From Kofleriaceae bacterium (GTDB lineage Bacteria > Myxococcota_A > Polyangia > Haliangiales > Haliangiaceae): 61,486 bases of DNA. Positions within the stretch are counted from its first letter, which is position 1. The number at the start of each line of letters is the position of its first letter. Position numbers and translations under genes: made by a program. The notes beneath the pieces were generated by a model that worked only from the letters and a program-made list of their open reading frames with translations, had not been told where the DNA came from and made no database searches. Positions 60,158 to 61,486 of this stretch are shown piece after piece. The stretch is from assembly GCA_046597055.1 (NCBI GenBank), contig JBKJLC010000057.1:1-61486 (forward strand). The letters run 5' to 3'.

Positions 60158-61234
60158 ATGAGTGCTCGCGATGTAATCGGCCCGCCGCCGTTTGTCCTGA
60201 TGGCGGCGGTGCACGCAATGGTTCGGCTGGGGCGATTCAAGTTCCTGCCATACAGCGCGGTGCTTTATGGATTCGGCGCGACGATCGCCATGCATCGTGG
60301 CGTCGATATCGAGTTTTCCACTTACGTGCTCGGCCAGCTGTTCGTGTGGTGTGCCCACTTGATGACGCACTACTGCAACGAGTATTTCGATCTAGAGGCC
60401 GATCGCGCTAACCGTGCGCCCACCCCAATGACGGGAGGCAGCCGGGTCTTGGTCGAGGGACTGCTGCCCCCAATCGTGAGTCTGAGCGCTGCGCTCGTGT
60501 TGCTGATGCTTGCCCTGTGGCTGCTGATGGCAATACCAGCGTTCGAGGCCCGTGCGATCGGCTGCGGCATGCTCGCCCTAGCTTGGTTCTACACCGCACC
60601 ACCATTTCGCCTCAACTACCGTGGCTTGGGCGAGATTACAGTCGCATTGGTGCTCAACGTGGCCACACCTCTACTTGGCTATCAGCTTCAGACTGGGTCG
60701 CTGGACCTGCGGGTCGGCGCACTACTTCTGCCAGGCGCCATCATTCAGGTGGTCCGGATGGTGATGATGAACCTCATGGACTACGAAGGCGATCTCGCCG
60801 TAGGCAAGACGACGCTTGTCACCTTGATCGGGCGCGAGCACGTGAAGCACCTGTACGTAGTGGGCCATGCCGTAGGGTATGGACTCGCATTTTTGATGCT
60901 GGGCCGAGTGTTTCCGGCCACCTGTGTGGTTCTGCTCGCGTTGACGTTGCCGCTATCGATCTGGCAAGGGTCGCGGCTCTGGCAGGAGCTAGATCGCGAT
61001 GTTGCGACGGCTGGCAGCATGGCATTTTGGGCCTCGACGCATGTTGCGCTGGTGGTGGTCGCAACAAGTCTCGGGTTGGGACTCGATCGCGCGTTGGGGG
61101 GCGTGGAGGAGGTCGACCGCTCGCTGTTGTTCTGCGCAGCGATCCCACTCATGTTCCTCTGCCTGATCGTGCCACAGGCACGAAAATCGAATCGGGCGCG
61201 AAGCAGTGCAAGCACATCCTCGGCGCCGGCCTGA
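60158..61234 (+). CDS. UbiA/MenA-family prenyltransferase
   Basis: NEYFDLEAD, GGSRVL, YTAPPFRLNYRGLGE, NLMDYEGDLAVGKTTL; multi-TM. Confidence 0.92.
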   Translation: MSARDVIGPPPFVLMAAVHAMVRLGRFKFLPYSAVLYGFGATIAMHRGVDIEFSTYVLGQLFVWCAHLMTHYCNEYFDLEADRANRAPTPMTGGSRVLVEGLLPPIVSLSAALVLLMLALWLLMAIPAFEARAIGCGMLALAWFYTAPPFRLNYRGLGEITVALVLNVATPLLGYQLQTGSLDLRVGALLLPGAIIQVVRMVMMNLMDYEGDLAVGKTTLVTLIGREHVKHLYVVGHAVGYGLAFLMLGRVFPATCVVLLALTLPLSIWQGSRLWQELDRDVATAGSMAFWASTHVALVVVATSLGLGLDRALGGVEEVDRSLLFCAAIPLMFLCLIVPQARKSNRARSSASTSSAPA

Positions 61235-61486
61235 CCCGAGGAGCGTGCGACCACCCCATCGCCGACCGGAGCGCAGGCCGCGGCGATTCCTCGTGATCTT
61301 CGAGAGGCGGTAGTCGCCTCGGGCGTCCCCGCCTCGGGGGACAGGTCGGAACGTGTCAACGACCTTGAGACCGAGGCGGATGCGATCCTGATCATGCCAG
61401 GGGCCGAACTTCACGCCGGTGCTTGGCCGCGTAGGGCTGCCAGGCGGTGGTCCAGCGGTCCGAGAGCGCGAGCCCGCGCGTCACGA

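Noticed and set aside
61235..61486. Partial minus-strand gene at the window edge
   Set aside because: Protein-like reading switches frames and cannot be assigned from the available sequence

Overview
A very GC-rich bacterial chromosomal segment. Gene content points to Myxococcota (inference from the FHA-domain sigma54 activator, Ser/Thr kinase with TPR partner, Cys-rich lipoproteins, GIDE and PilZ proteins). About 45 real CDSs are supported; most long ORFs in the supplied track are high-GC shadow frames. The best candidate for an undescribed system is a tightly coupled, sigma54-driven ~9.5 kb operon (14140-23636). It encodes a lipoprotein with four repeated cytochrome-c-like domains carrying only non-canonical CX4CH/CX5CH motifs, a beta-propeller/di-heme CCP-MauG-like lipoprotein, an SH3b-beta-barrel outer-membrane protein, a stand-alone Fis-type HTH and the pntA1-A2-B transhydrogenase, with a divergent Ycf48/BNR lipoprotein. 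Eleven sigma54 -24/-12 promoters were read by eye; four sit exactly 14 nt before a start codon, implying near-leaderless mRNAs. The right third (about 46.7-61.5 kb) is a plastic region around tRNA-Asn(GTT). It contains katG with an OxyR-type box, gene relics, an IS3 fragment, an internally deleted IS21 element with intact ends and target duplication, an inverted tRNA fragment, a candidate structured RNA, and a lower-GC pair of genes (PAI-like flavoprotein, UbiA prenyltransferase). All family assignments come from motif recognition by eye; no searches were run.
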